From assembly GCF_001194135.2 (NCBI RefSeq), contig NC_068984.1, positions 127,000,344 to 127,064,343 on the forward strand: DNA of 64,000 bases, written 5' to 3'. A program made the translations under genes and the position numbers. Shown piece by piece: positions 38,591 through 51,332 of this stretch; the stretch's first letter is position 1; every line of letters starts with the position of its first letter. Under the pieces are notes generated by a model. That model saw only the letters and a program-made list of their open reading frames with translations. It did no database searches and was not told the DNA's origin. Origin of the DNA: Octopus bimaculoides (Eukaryota).

Positions 38591-38897
38591 CTACACTTTC
38601 AAAGCATACATGCATGCAACAAATAAATAAACATATATAGACATATGCATATGCAGTTTATATATATGTGTGGGTATATATATATGTGTGTATGTGTGTG
38701 TGTATATATATGTGTGTATATATGCTTGCATATACATACATACATACATACATACATATACAAATCCAAAAAATGGAACAAGAACACAACAAACGACAAT
38801 AAAACATCTGGACAGATAAACGATACAATGACAGACAGGAAAAACAACAAAAAGACAGACAGGACAAAACAAAGACAGGCCATTCATGGCCTTCTCT

Positions 38898-39075
38898 CAT
38901 CAGTCAAATTTAAAGATTATCCTTACATTTTCAAAATGCAATTCATGATGTCTGATTATATTGTGATTTTTCTCTTGTAAATCAAATTTTGTGAACCCAT
39001 GGATAGATAAAAAATTCATGTTGTTTATGGATATGAGTTCCATCGTGGAACCAATGCATCCCAGACAGCTCACCA
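38898..39075 (+). mobile_element. mariner 5' fragment (leader and transposase N-terminus)
   Basis: ATG at about 38999: MDR*KIHVVYGYEFHRGTNASQTA resembles the mariner N-terminal IRxIYxYEFxRGxxAxQTA. Confidence 0.6.
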
Positions 39076-39747
39076 CCTTACAAATTATATACTAGAAATA
39101 GCAGCCAAATCTTTGGAGGTGAGATATGTTGAATGCACTCGAAAAAATCCTACGTTAAAAAAAACTATTTCCCACTGAGGTTGCAAACGGGTCTTTTACG
39201 AAATATTTACCATATTTTTAAAGTCATTTTCACTTTAGAATATTGTTTTAAACATGGCAAAAAAAATTTTTGTAATGGTATTCACTTGAAAATAATTAAA
39301 AATAACATAAAAATATTGTCTGTTTAAAGAAAGCTAAAATATAAATACTTGCTGTACAAACAACTTACATTTTTGAAATCGCATTCACTTAAAAATATTT
39401 CTAAATTATTAAAATATTGTGTTTATCGAAAACGAAAATAGAAACATTTACTGTGAAAAAAATTGTATTTTTTTGTTGTCAACTCACTTTCTAATAGAAC
39501 GATAAGAGTTTCTTCCCCTTCAGGATGAAGATTATTTTCAGAACATTTTCCCATTATGCACCATTTTGGGTATTTATATCCTGAAAATCTCTAATATCTT
39601 GAAAACCAATTTAGCTATTTATGCAAAACTTGTTTCATTCCATTCATATTAATATGATTCTTAATTCATAGTATTTTCCCATTATGCACCAGTTTGGCTG
39701 AGTAACATTGTAAGCAAGCAGACTGATTTTTAATGTATTATAGATAT

Positions 39748-40080
39748 ATAGTTCAAATTTATAGAAAACAAAAGACGAAGACAGGTATAGGAACAACAAG
39801 GAGGCGTATTAGTTTAACACTCAGGAAAGAACAGAAAAGTTTTTGTTGTTGCTTTTGCTGTTCATTCTTAATATGGTTATTGTTGTTGTTGGTTGCTGAT
39901 ACTGCTACTACCAGTGGTGACGACAGCAGTAATGGTGGCTTTGGTTGACAGAAATAGTCACACACACACACACACACAAATGCACATATATATATCCTTC
40001 CGAGTGAAAAACTAATACATCTGCTTGTTGTTCCTTCACCTGTCTCTGTCATTTCTTTTTTGTAAATTTGAACTTTATAT
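39748..40080. repeat. Inverted pair of Penelope-like terminal fragments
   Basis: Arms 39748-39830 and 39998-40080 share AGTTCAAATTTA..GACAGGT..GGAACAACAAG..GTATTAGTTT..CACTC; homologous to 26975-27044. Confidence 0.75.
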
Positions 40081-40740
40081 ATATTGGAACGCTAAGTGCA
40101 CCGTCCGAGCGTGATCATTGCCATAGCAGCTGTCTGGCTTCTATGCCAATGGCACGTAAAAGCACCCACTACACTCTCAGAGTGGTTGGCATTAGGAAGG
40201 GCATCCTGCTGTAGAAACTCTGCCAGATTAGATTGGAGCCTGGTGCAGCCTTCTGGTTCGCCAGTCCTCAGTCAAATCGTCCAACCCATGCTAGCAAGCA
40301 TGGAAGGCAGATGTTAAATGATGATGATGATGATAATGATATATATATATATATATATATATATANNNNNNNNNNNNNNNNNNNNNNNNNNNNNNNNNNN
40401 NNNNNNNNNNNNNNNNNNNNNNNNNNNNNNNNNNNNNNNNNNNNNNNNNNNNNNNNNNNNNNNNNNNNNNNNNNNNNNNNNNNNNNNNNNNNNNNNNNNN
40501 NNNNNNNNNNNNNNNNNNNNNNNNNNNNNNNNNNNNNNNNNNNNNNNNNNNNNNNNNNNNNNNNNNNNNNNNNNNNNNNNNNNNNNNNNNNNNNNNNNNN
40601 NNNNNNNNNNNNNNNNNNNNNNNNNNNNNNNNNNNNNNNNNNNNNNNNNNNNNNNNNNNNNNNNNNNNNNNNNNNNNNNNNNNNNNNNNNNNNNNNNNNN
40701 NNNNNNNNNNNNNNNNNNNNNNNNNNNNNNNNNNNNNNNN

Positions 40741-40797
<57 letters not shown>

Positions 40798-40954
40798 CAA
40801 GTAAACAATAAAAGACTAAAAATATATCAATTTACATTCACCATGAAAAAATTATGTGAAATAATGAATGTGGGGGTTTTGTAGCATACTTAATATGGGA
40901 CCACACAAAATAGAGAAGGTGAAATTTGGACAAAACATGCATCGGTTTGGTTTG

Positions 40955-41370
40955 ATGAGAGATAGTATGTAGCTGATTAGATATTTATTGTTGTTGTAAC
41001 AAATAGATGAGAGATAGTATATAGCTGATGAGATATCTATTGTTGTTGTAACAAATAGATGAGAGATAGTATATAGCTGATGAGATATCTATTGTTGTTG
41101 TAATAAATACATGGGACATAGTATGTAGCTGATGAGATATCTATCGTTGTTGTAACAAATAGATGAAAGATAGTATATATCTGATGAGATATCTATTGTT
41201 GTTGTAATAAATAGATGAGAGATAGTATATATCTGATGAGATATCTATGTTGTTGTAATAAATAGATGAGAGATAGTATGTAGCTGATGAGATATCTATT
41301 GTTGTCATAATAAAGAGGTGAGAGATAGTATATAGCTGATGAGATATCTATTGTTGTTGTTATAAATAGA
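40955..41370. repeat. 52-bp minisatellite, 8 copies
   Basis: Unit ATGAGAGATAGTATATAGCTGATGAGATATCTATTGTTGTTGTAACAAATAG, head to tail with no spacers. Confidence 0.95.
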
Positions 41371-42141
41371 CAAAAACAAAAAAAAAGGACGGAGTGAAGA
41401 AACAGCATGTCTGGAAGCCAGTGGTTAATGTAAGCCATTGGTGAATGAACAGTTGCCAATCAGCTCTATTGGCAAAGACTCTTGTTGTGTGTATGTGTGT
41501 GTGTATGTGTGTGTGTGTGTGTGTGTGTGCGTGCGTGTGTGCTTGCATGCGTGTGTGTGTGTGTGTGTGTGTGTGCGTGTGTGCATGTGTGTGTGTACAT
41601 GATTAATCAAAATCAAATATCCAGACACTACACATTGCCATATGTCCTGAAGCAAAATATTGTTGGCCTGTAAGTATGAGTGTATAATGGCATGAGAATA
41701 GTAAAATTTTGATTTAATTTTCATTAGACACGAGACAGGAAGGTGTTTTTTGTAAAGAAGGAGATATGGACAAATCAAGACAACTGTGTAGCTAACAAAT
41801 TTGCTTCACAACCACATGGTTCCACGTTCATTGTCATGTATGACATCTTGGGAAAATGTCTTCTATCATCATTTCAAATTAATGAATGTCTTGCGAATGG
41901 AACTTGGTTGATGAATGCTGTGCAGAAGACGATCAAATATATTTATAATGATATCCATGGAGCAACTGATGATGGATCTATATCTTTGATGAGCTTATTG
42001 ACTGTGGACATTTTTTTGTATCTTGTATTGTCTTGGTTCTAAGTTATCTTCTCATTCATTGAAATTCTAGATCTTGTGAGGTTAATTTGGACTCAAAACA
42101 TTAGGAAGGATGAAATGCTGCTAAGCATTTTGCCTGGCTTA

Positions 42142-42553
42142 CTCTCTCTTTTACTCTTTTACTTGTTTCAGTCATTTGACTGTGGCCATGCTGGAGCACC
42201 GCCTTTAGTCGAGCAAATCGACCCCAGGACTTATTCTTTGGATGCCTAGTACTTATTCCATCCGTCTCTTTTGCCGAACCGCTAAGTTACGGGGACGTAA
42301 ACACACCAGCATCGGTTGTCAAGCAATGTTGGGGGAACAAACACAGACACACAAACATATACACACACATACATATATACATATACATATATACGACAGG
42401 CTTCTTTCAGTTTCCGTCTACCAAATCCACTCACAAGGCTTTGGTCGGCCCGAGGCTATAGTAGAAGACACTTGCCCAAGGTGCCACGCAGTGGGACTGA
42501 ACCTAGAACCATGTGGTTGGTAAGCAAGCTACTTACCACACAGCCACTCCTGC
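42142..42553 (-). mobile_element. SINE family A, young near-full-length copy nested in a family B SINE, about 220 nt upstream of the exon
   Basis: Head GCAGGAGTGGCTGTGTGG and GGTTCTAGGTTCAGTCCC, internal (CA)n, tail (AAGAGT)n; the host SINE continues on both sides. Confidence 0.9.
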
Positions 42554-42774
42554 TAACAATTTTACCAGCTTGCCACTTTAAACATATTTAAAAAACTGAA
42601 ATACTTAATAATCAGGCTACATAGTGTTTCATATAATGTTTTCTTGTCCAAATTTGTCGGTTGTAGGCTGTGGTTTGTTTATCTCTAGTACTTTTTTCCT
42701 CTCTGCCAGTTGATAAATATTTCCCCTCTCTATATTAATGTAATAACCACAGTAAAACTTGTTTTTCTTTGTAG

Positions 42775-42934
42775 GTCTAGTGTCAATGACAATTCCAGTC
42801 TACCTAGCGGAATGTGCTCCTAGTCATGTCCGTGGAAGAATTGTATCAACCAACATAGCCATGGTGGCTGGTGGACAGTTTTTTGCAAATGTCATAGATG
42901 GAATATTTGGTTTTAATGAAGAAACTGGCTGGAG
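42775..42934 (+). CDS. SLC2A13: Internal coding exon (160 nt, phase 1 start, phase 2 end) of a proton:myo-inositol cotransporter (HMIT/GLUT13-like, MFS sugar porter)
   Basis: Pyrimidine tract and acceptor tttttctttgtAG (AG 42773-74); donor AG|GTAAGT (42935). Open frame (G)LVSMTIPVYLAECAPSHVRGRIVSTNIAMVAGGQFFANVIDGIFGFNEETGW(R) carries the sugar-porter motif PVYxAExxPxxxRG and aligns by recall to HMIT [53 protein letters not shown]. Too short, with no ATG, for the ORF track. Confidence 0.93.
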
Positions 42935-43149
42935 GTAAGTCTTACAGATTCCATGTTAGTATTGTTATTGTTCCAGCTATGACCATCTCAATTTTTTTTT
43001 CTCCCAGTATACAAAAGAACAATATCTGGTGTGTATCATCACATTTTTTTTCAATATTGTGAAGTGTGATGTGAGGAGGGATCTGGTTGCTATTTCTAGC
43101 AGGTTGAATGATCACATACAGGCTGTTTATTGTTGTTGATGTTGCTGCA

Positions 43150-44060
43150 GTTTTTGTTGTTGTTTAAACTCATGTCAGCCCCAGTTGCACAACATAGAAA
43201 CGTAGACACCATACATATAACAAAAGACAAACACCAAATACAGTCAGGATACAACACTGTAGCTACCACACAATATATACATCTCAGAATATTAATGCAA
43301 CACAACAGATATTACACAACACATCATAGATCACACACTATCATTTTTAGATATGGTAGGGACCACACAACAGAGACACTCCACAAAGAGCACAACACAA
43401 TATAAACACCACACAACAATTGCCTCAGCAGTCACTACACATCACAAATACAACACAGCAGGTCTCACAAAATGGACACCAAATAACTTAGTACAGACAC
43501 CACTCTAGAGACAGAGAACACTATACATCATACACAACACACAATCCACAAGACAACGAACACAATAGAACATGGTCATCACATAACATAGATGCTAAAC
43601 AGTAGACACCAACAACATAGATGCCATACACCATAGGAACCAGCCATCATAGACATCACCAACCAGAAACACAATACAACTTAGAAACCAAGCACATAAC
43701 ATTGTCTTAGACATCGTCTTAGACATCATACAATACTTACCTCTCAACACAGACAATACAAATTACAGACATTGCAGAATATAGGGACCACAGAACACAG
43801 GTACAACACAACATATTTTATACATACAAAAGATACCATTGACATCATATTCAGACAACAGATCATAGACACAAACCCCATACAGACCATACATCATGGA
43901 TGCCACACAACACAACTGTCACTACACAATTTCAACTTCATACATGCACACTGGTATACAGTTTTTAACATGGGTATTTCCATACAGTCACATGACTACT
44001 TAAAAATAGCAGTTGTGTTGCACTCAAAAATCACAAGCACCCATCTTATAAAAGGATGTC
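43150..44060. repeat. A/C-skewed cryptic repeat, about 0.9 kb
   Basis: Plus strand depleted of G, with recurring ACAACA, CATAGA and GACACC words and no fixed period. Confidence 0.6.
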
Positions 44061-44922
44061 CGCATTGGGTAATGTATTCCTACATGCATATGTCTGAATA
44101 AAAATATTGGTTCATCAGTAGCACAGCTAGGAAGTCCAAGGGTGCAGTTAACCCTGGGTGATGTTTTGATGGTGGGAGGAGCACTTTTGGGTCTGATGTA
44201 TAAACCTGTGCAGGGCTTATACTGGGGATGGAGGGAGCAGCACTCTCAAGAACTGCCCTAGGGGCACCTACTCTAGTAATCATCACTGGAGATTGTCACA
44301 GATGGATTGTCTTTGTTATAGTCTGCTGGATTAGGATTAAGCTCATGCTAAACAAGATCAACAACAAATAGATACTATTAACATCATATCCAAAAACATG
44401 ACATGAGGATATGATCAAGGTAATATTGATGGTTTGGTTTTAGTGATGGTCATAATGATGATGTTTGGTTGTAACGGAGTTGGTGGTGGGGAATGATACC
44501 TTTGATGATCGTGATGATAGTGATAGCAATTATGATTAAATTGTCCTCAAGATTAAAGACAATTTTCTGTCCACTGTCTCAGATGACATACAAATTAAAT
44601 GCTTAAAAACAAATATATGAACCTCCTTCTTGTCCTCCACCCTCACCAGCTTGTGACCTACCTACCTCTGACACACATTCACCTATGCATGCCATATCAT
44701 TTTATCATCTGGCTCCACATGCACACACACATAGACGTTCCTATGTTTGTATGTGAAACAGTTAATAAAACTGACTTTCTGTTAACTTCTCTTGAGAAAG
44801 AAATCATTTTGATTTCGGAATAATCTCAATAAGAAAATCGGAAAAATTCTGAAGGGAAAGAAACTAATGTAATATTGCAGTAAAAGAAAGGACAACACAC
44901 ACACATACATATACATATACAT

Positions 44923-45018
<96 letters not shown>

Positions 45019-45762
45019 GTATGTATGTATGTATGTGTGTATGTGTTATCAAAATGTCCTCTACTGCCTTGTCTTTGATGGTTAGAAAATTCATCATGAT
45101 TCTCCACCACTCAAGTTATAAATAACAGTTTTGTTTTTAAACCATTTACATTGTTAGTTGCATTAAATAGAAAAAGAAAAGATTAAGAAGAAAAAAATAC
45201 AAAAATGACTGTTTTTCTAATATCCACAGATCTATTCCAATTGACTTTTATTGATCTGCTATTAATCAATAGAGGTGAATATTATTGGAAGTTGAGTGGG
45301 AGTTGAGTGGGAGTTGAATAAAGCTGATGGTGGCAGTGCGTTATAGAAGAACTCTTCAATGTAGGAGGTAAAATACGGTTGTTGCTTGGATTTATGGAAA
45401 TGAGAGAAGAGTAAGAAAATAGCTGTGAAAATGAATTTAACACTTGTTTGTTTATGACATACCCATAAATGTATGAATGTGGCAGAAATTAAATTATTCT
45501 CCTATATTTTGTTTATGTATTCTGTTTACTTTTCATTGGTAGTAAGGAAATATGCAATCACTCTGAAGTGAAATATAAGCAATGTAATACAGTATATAGA
45601 AAAGTATAAAATATAATATAATGCAATAAAATATATTGTGAATACATACATAGATACACATATGTACACACACAAAAACACGTCTTTATTATCTTCTATT
45701 ATAGCCACAGGCTAGCTAAAGCCTTGAAAATGAATTTGGTAGACAGAAACTGTGGAAGCCTG

Positions 45763-45804
<42 letters not shown>

Positions 45805-48800
45805 CCTTGTGTTTGTCTCCACACCACCAATTGGTGTTGGTTTGTTTGTGTCTGTAAAATCCTGTCCCAAATATATCCCCATTCCAATCCATGCCAGCTT
45901 GGAAAAATGGACATTGAATGAATATATGAATGAATATATATATATATCATTATCATGTGATATGGTAAGACTGTTGAACAGGATCCACTGGGAAAATGAA
46001 AAGTTCCTCTCCAAGGTAAGCTACTTGGAGTTCAATTCTTGGTGGCATGAATCTCTTTTCATATCCTACCACTTTGGAGAATTGATTTTGTTTGGAATAG
46101 GAATGACTGTATGGTTAAGATATTTGCTTCAAATCATTTAGTGTGGATTCAATCCCACACTTTGGCACCTTGAGCAAGTATTTTCTACCATAGCCTCTGG
46201 TTAACCCAAACCTGTGTGTGATATTGGTTAAGTGGAAACTGTACAGATATTCATCAGACATGACTATACTTGCCCTAAGGGGGTAAACTTGACCCATTGC
46301 TTAGTTAAAAAAAATCAGGATATGGTCCTTTCCTTATTCCTTTTTGTCAGATACTTTCGAATCAAATCTCTAATATTCTGATTTGCTGTTTCCTACTGCA
46401 ATAAGCTATGAGTTGTGGTTTCTTTTCCTGTCCTCAGGCCAATCCTAATGACTCTGCAAACAGATGCTGCCATTACTCCTTTCACTAAGCCAGAAAATAG
46501 AAAGTGGCTGGTATTAGGATGGGCAATCTAACCATAGGAACCATTAGAGCAAGACATGATCCTCTAACTCCAATGGATCATCATCATCATCATCATTCAA
46601 TGTCCATTGTCCATGCTGGCATGGGTTGGGTGGTTTGACCAGGGCTGGCAAGCTGGGTGGGAGGGCTGCACCAGACTCCAGTCTGAGTTGGCATGGTTTC
46701 TACACCTGGATGCTCTTCTTAATGCCAATCACTTTACAGAGTGTCCTGGATGCTTTTACGTGGCACCACATGAGTGCTTTTATGTGGTGTCACATGGGTG
46801 CTTTTACTTGACACTGCATGGGCACTAAGAAATCTCAAAGAGCAGAGATAGTCTGTGGCTGTGACAGCATGAGACAACATTTATGGACGGTGTTCATAAG
46901 AATTTGAGAAATAACAATTTCAGATTCTTTGATCAACCCAGGTGGTCTTTGTTGGTGTCTTAATGTCTGATTCTGAAGTCATAAAACTGATAACAGGATT
47001 GTGATAAATCTTACAATTTTTACTTGTTTCTGTCATTGGACTGCAGGCATGATAGGGCATCACCTTGAAGAAGGGGATTTTAATCGGACAAATCAATTCT
47101 AATCCTTCCTTTTTTATTTTTCTTATCTGATAGTTATTTTATCAATCTTTTTTGCTGAACTGCTAAGTTATGAGGACGTAAACAAGCCAACTCTGGTTGT
47201 CAAGTGGTGTTAGGGTAAGGTGACAAACACAGACACAAAGGCACACACATTCACATGTGATGGACTTCCAGACAGCTTACATCTACAAAATTCCTTCACA
47301 TGGCATTGGTCAGTCCAGGGCTATAGTAGAAGACACTTGCCCATGATGCTGTGCACTGGAATGAAATTTGAAACCATGTAGCTATAAAGCAAGTTTGTTA
47401 ACTACCTAGCCATGCTTGCACTTATATATATGTAATTTGATAGGACCAAAGACTAAGTCAGCCTTGGTGGAGTTTGAACTAAGGACAGATGAAATGTGGC
47501 TAAGCATTTTGCCCAGTGTGCTAATGATTCTGCCATCTTGGCATCTTACTTTCACTTTATGTCACATTGAGAACTGAAAGCAGTGCTGGGTGTGTTTTCT
47601 CTAATTGGAATTTCTCACACACTTACCTTCTTCACTTATTCTAACTATTTCTCAGTTTGTTTCTCTTCTCCTTTCTCTTCTTTCCACCTCTCTCTCTCTC
47701 TCTCTCTTACTCTCCCCTTACAACTCCTTATTCACCTACTTCCTTCTCTCTTTCTCTGACTTTTTCCCCTCTCTCATCATATCTTTTATTCTCTCATAAT
47801 CCTCTTCTCTCCCCTTCTCCATCTCTCCCTCACATTATCCTACCAATCCTCATCCCTCTTCTCATTTAAACACTATTTTATAAAATATATATCATCATGA
47901 TTAAGAGTCAGTATTTATATTGAGTCTATATTTAGTGTAGAAAATATAAAAATATTATAGTAATTGATTCTCCATTGTAGAAAATCGTACAATGAAGACA
48001 TTAGATTTACTTAAAAACTGATTTCTTTTTAACTGATGATTTTATCTAACTGAACATATTCTGGTTAGTTGTTAGTAAGTACATCAAACTGTCTACTAGC
48101 TAATTAAACTGATTCAATTAAAAAAAGACTATCATTAATGACACCAGTTTAGTTAAGAATAATTAATTAAAGAGCTTTGCCTTTCATTGTTTCAAGGTCA
48201 ATAAAATAAAGTGCTAGCCAAGTACTGAGGTTTATTTAATTGCTAACCTCTGCCCCATAAAACATCAGGTCTTGTACTTATATCAGAAACAATTATTAAT
48301 CTTTACTCTTTACTCTTTTACTTGTTTCAGTCATTTGACTGCAGCCATACTGGAGCACTGCCTTTAGTCGAGCAAATCGACCCCAGGACTTATTCTTTGT
48401 AAGCTTAGTACTTATTCTATTGGTCTCTTTTGCCGAACCACTAAGTTACAGGGACGTAAGCACACCAGCATCGGTTGTCAATTGTCAAGCGATGGTGGGG
48501 GGGGGGGGAACAAACAGACACAAGAAATGTCACTAAGAATTTTATCCAGAGTGGTTACAATCCTTTCAGTTGGCTAATATTACAACTCTCAAAGGTCCCT
48601 TACAATGTTCTTAGAGATGTTACCACCATTATTTTTCATGCTGTTATAACTCTTGGTGATGCTGTTCCATTGGTAATGTTGTGGTTGTTGCTGTTATATT
48701 TCTATTTTTTGTTACTGGTGTTAATGGAGGAGTGCACATTCTTCTCTTTGCCTCAAGGCAGAAAAACCCTGAAATGTTTTGCGCTCCACAACAGTTGGTA

Positions 48801-50441
48801 TACTTCAACCCTCTGTCTTCTTCTCCACCAAAATACAAACTTACACCATACTCCTGAACCAATTGGCATCTAGGACCCTTACCAGGTCTGCAAATTTGTT
48901 GGAGACAATAGCTTGAAAATTATCCTCAGTGATTGAAGATGGTCTGGTATTGATCTCTGTGCCATACTCATATGGAAGGGTTATTCAACTTGGTTCCACA
49001 ATATCCCTTTCATACTTCTGGTGTTTAGCCATCAATTGTTAAGGTTCCAATTTTTATTTTCAACCAGCATCCAGAATTAAACATATTTTTCTTCCGTTTT
49101 TAAGGAAAATTTGTAGCTGTTTTATTAATGCACGTCATCAATGAGGTTGTGAAAGGCTATGAAAGGACTTTGACAAACCAAGCAGATTGATTGATTAACT
49201 GAATGATTAACCAAACAATCAATTAATTAATTGGTTACATGGCCAGCCAATTGACTAATAATAATAAAGAAGTGAAATAGCAACAGTGTGTGTTTATTAT
49301 TGACATAATGACCCTCCAATGATACTACAAAATTTATAGCTCTTGTAATTTATATTATTAGCAGTGATGTTATTTAAGTTGTTTTTGTTGTTGTTATTAT
49401 AGCTGTTGATACTTCTGTTGGTGGTTTTGTATTTCACATCTGCTTCTGATACCAGTGGCTGCAACAGCCTTAGCAATATTGATGTCTGGTGGCGGTGGTG
49501 GTGGTGATGGTGGTATTGGTGGCAGTGGTATTGTTGGTGGCAGTAGTGGTATTGTTGGCAGTGGTGGTAGTGGTAGTAGAAATTTGTGGTAGTGGTGGTG
49601 GTGGTGCTGGCGAAGTTGTCATTTGTTGGCATGCCAATCTCTTGCAACCATTTTATTCCTATGCTACACATTGTAGCCACCATCTTCAACATCANNNNNN
49701 NNNNNNNNNNNNNNNNNNNNNNNNNNNNNNNNNNNNNNNNNNNNNNNNNNNNNNNNNNNNNNNNNNNNNNNNNNNNNNNNNNNNNNNNNNNNNNNNNNNN
49801 NNNNNNNNNNNNNNNNNNNNNNNNNNNNNNNNNNNNNNNNNNNNNNNNNNNNNNNNNNNNNNNNNNNNNNNNNNNNNNNNNNNNNNNNNNNNNNNNNNNN
49901 NNNNNNNNNNNNNNNNNNNNNNNNNNNNNNNNNNNNNNNNGTGGTGATGGGGGGTGGGGGTGGGGGTGGAGAGGCTGACAGTCGTAATGTCATTGCCACT
50001 TCCACAGACTGCTGGAATAAATGGGAAAAGTCACAGGTTTTCTCCTTCCTTAGTTTTACTGAAGGAGGTGTCCATGTCACATCTCTACCTTCGTAATGTT
50101 GTTTGCCCTTCTTTTTACTCTCTTGGACATCAGTATCAACAAAACAATGTCATATCAGAATTTTGGTTTTGCTTTTTTAATGTTAATTTCCATAGACTGA
50201 AAATGTATGGCCCCATAGGAACTGAAAGAGTTGACCAATTAGTGTGTTACACTGCTGGTTAGTTCCACAACAAAGCAGAACACATTAATGGAAAGCATAA
50301 CTAGTTGGACTGGGAAAAGACGATAACAATTATAACAGTCTCACTGAATGTTACCAAAATCACTTAATGCTCATAATGATGATGGTGATGATAACAATTT
50401 CTTTTATTTGCTATAAGGATGTCAGATGAAGAGGACATTAC

Positions 50442-50500
<59 letters not shown>

Positions 50501-50522
50501 TTATAATAATTATAATAATAAT

Positions 50523-51295
50523 ATGTCCTGATGCAGTACCAGGTAGTGGCTTTCATGGCTTCTCATCTTAACTGATTGGAAGTGTTATCATGTACATTGT
50601 TTTGTCTTGGTATAATAGATGGGCTACAACAAATATTCTGCTTAATACCACAGATTTGCTGTCAGTTGTTTGACCTTAACCAGTTGAGCATGTCCTTTGG
50701 TGGCTGACGATCTCTGATCATGAGCAGAAGTAGTGGGGCTGCATCATAACCATGTGTTGAGAGGAATTCTTTGGGGTTTGGATAATTCACCTCTGGAAAC
50801 ATGGGTGTTTTGTTCAACATCTTTAAACAACCCTTATTCAGGGACCTTTTGAGCAGGATGGGCTACTTGACCTGAAGAAAATTCTAACTGGGCCCCCAAC
50901 TGCAAGGTCATGCGCTGTTTATCTTGATATGAGATCACCATGTCATGCACACATGGTTGTGATGCATGTGCCTGGTGTACTCTTATTTCTTTTTTTATTT
51001 TTTTATTGCCCACAAGGGGCTAAACACAGAGGGGACAAACAAAGACAGACAAAGGGACTAAGTTGATTACATCGACAGCAGTGCATAACTGGTACTTTAT
51101 TTATCGACCCCGAAAGGATGAAAGGCAAAGTCGACCTCGGCGGAATTTGAACTCAGAACGTAGCGGCAGATGAAATACTGCTAAGCATTTCGCCCGGCAT
51201 GCTAACGTTTTTGCCAGGTAGTCATGATGGGTATACTGGGCTTTGTATATTTGTACCCAAGTGTCCCTTTGATGGCATGCACTGCTCTCTCACTC
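50523..51295 (+). mobile_element. About 0.54 kb (TAA)n-flanked non-coding retroposon, interrupted by a family B SINE (50984-51217, minus)
   Basis: (AAT)n at 50442-50522 and 51296-51331; colinear with 6795-7610. Confidence 0.8.
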
Positions 51296-51332
51296 AATAA
51301 TAATAATAATGATAATATTAATGATAATAATA

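Noticed and set aside
35825-39075. The two mariner pieces as one split element
   Set aside because: Both are on the plus strand, but the C-terminal piece precedes the N-terminal piece, so they are separate insertions.
40955-41370. CRISPR-like array
   Set aside because: Units are contiguous with no unique spacers, there are no cas genes, and the context is eukaryotic. The same applies to the motif array at 1-975.
45982-46015. Micro-exon AG|GATCC...CAAG|GTAAGC
   Set aside because: Good donor but weak acceptor, and the peptide is unrelated to the expected next HMIT exon.
48475-48873. 132-aa hydrophobic ORF or possible integrase remnant
   Set aside because: It starts inside a SINE and has no recognisable motif on either strand.
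50704-50760. Ribozyme core inside the 0.54 kb element (CTGACGA, also at 7161-7167 minus)
   Set aside because: Followed by GAAG rather than GAAA, and the NUH/stem I register does not fit. I also could not fold an HDV-like ribozyme by eye; a covariance search is needed.
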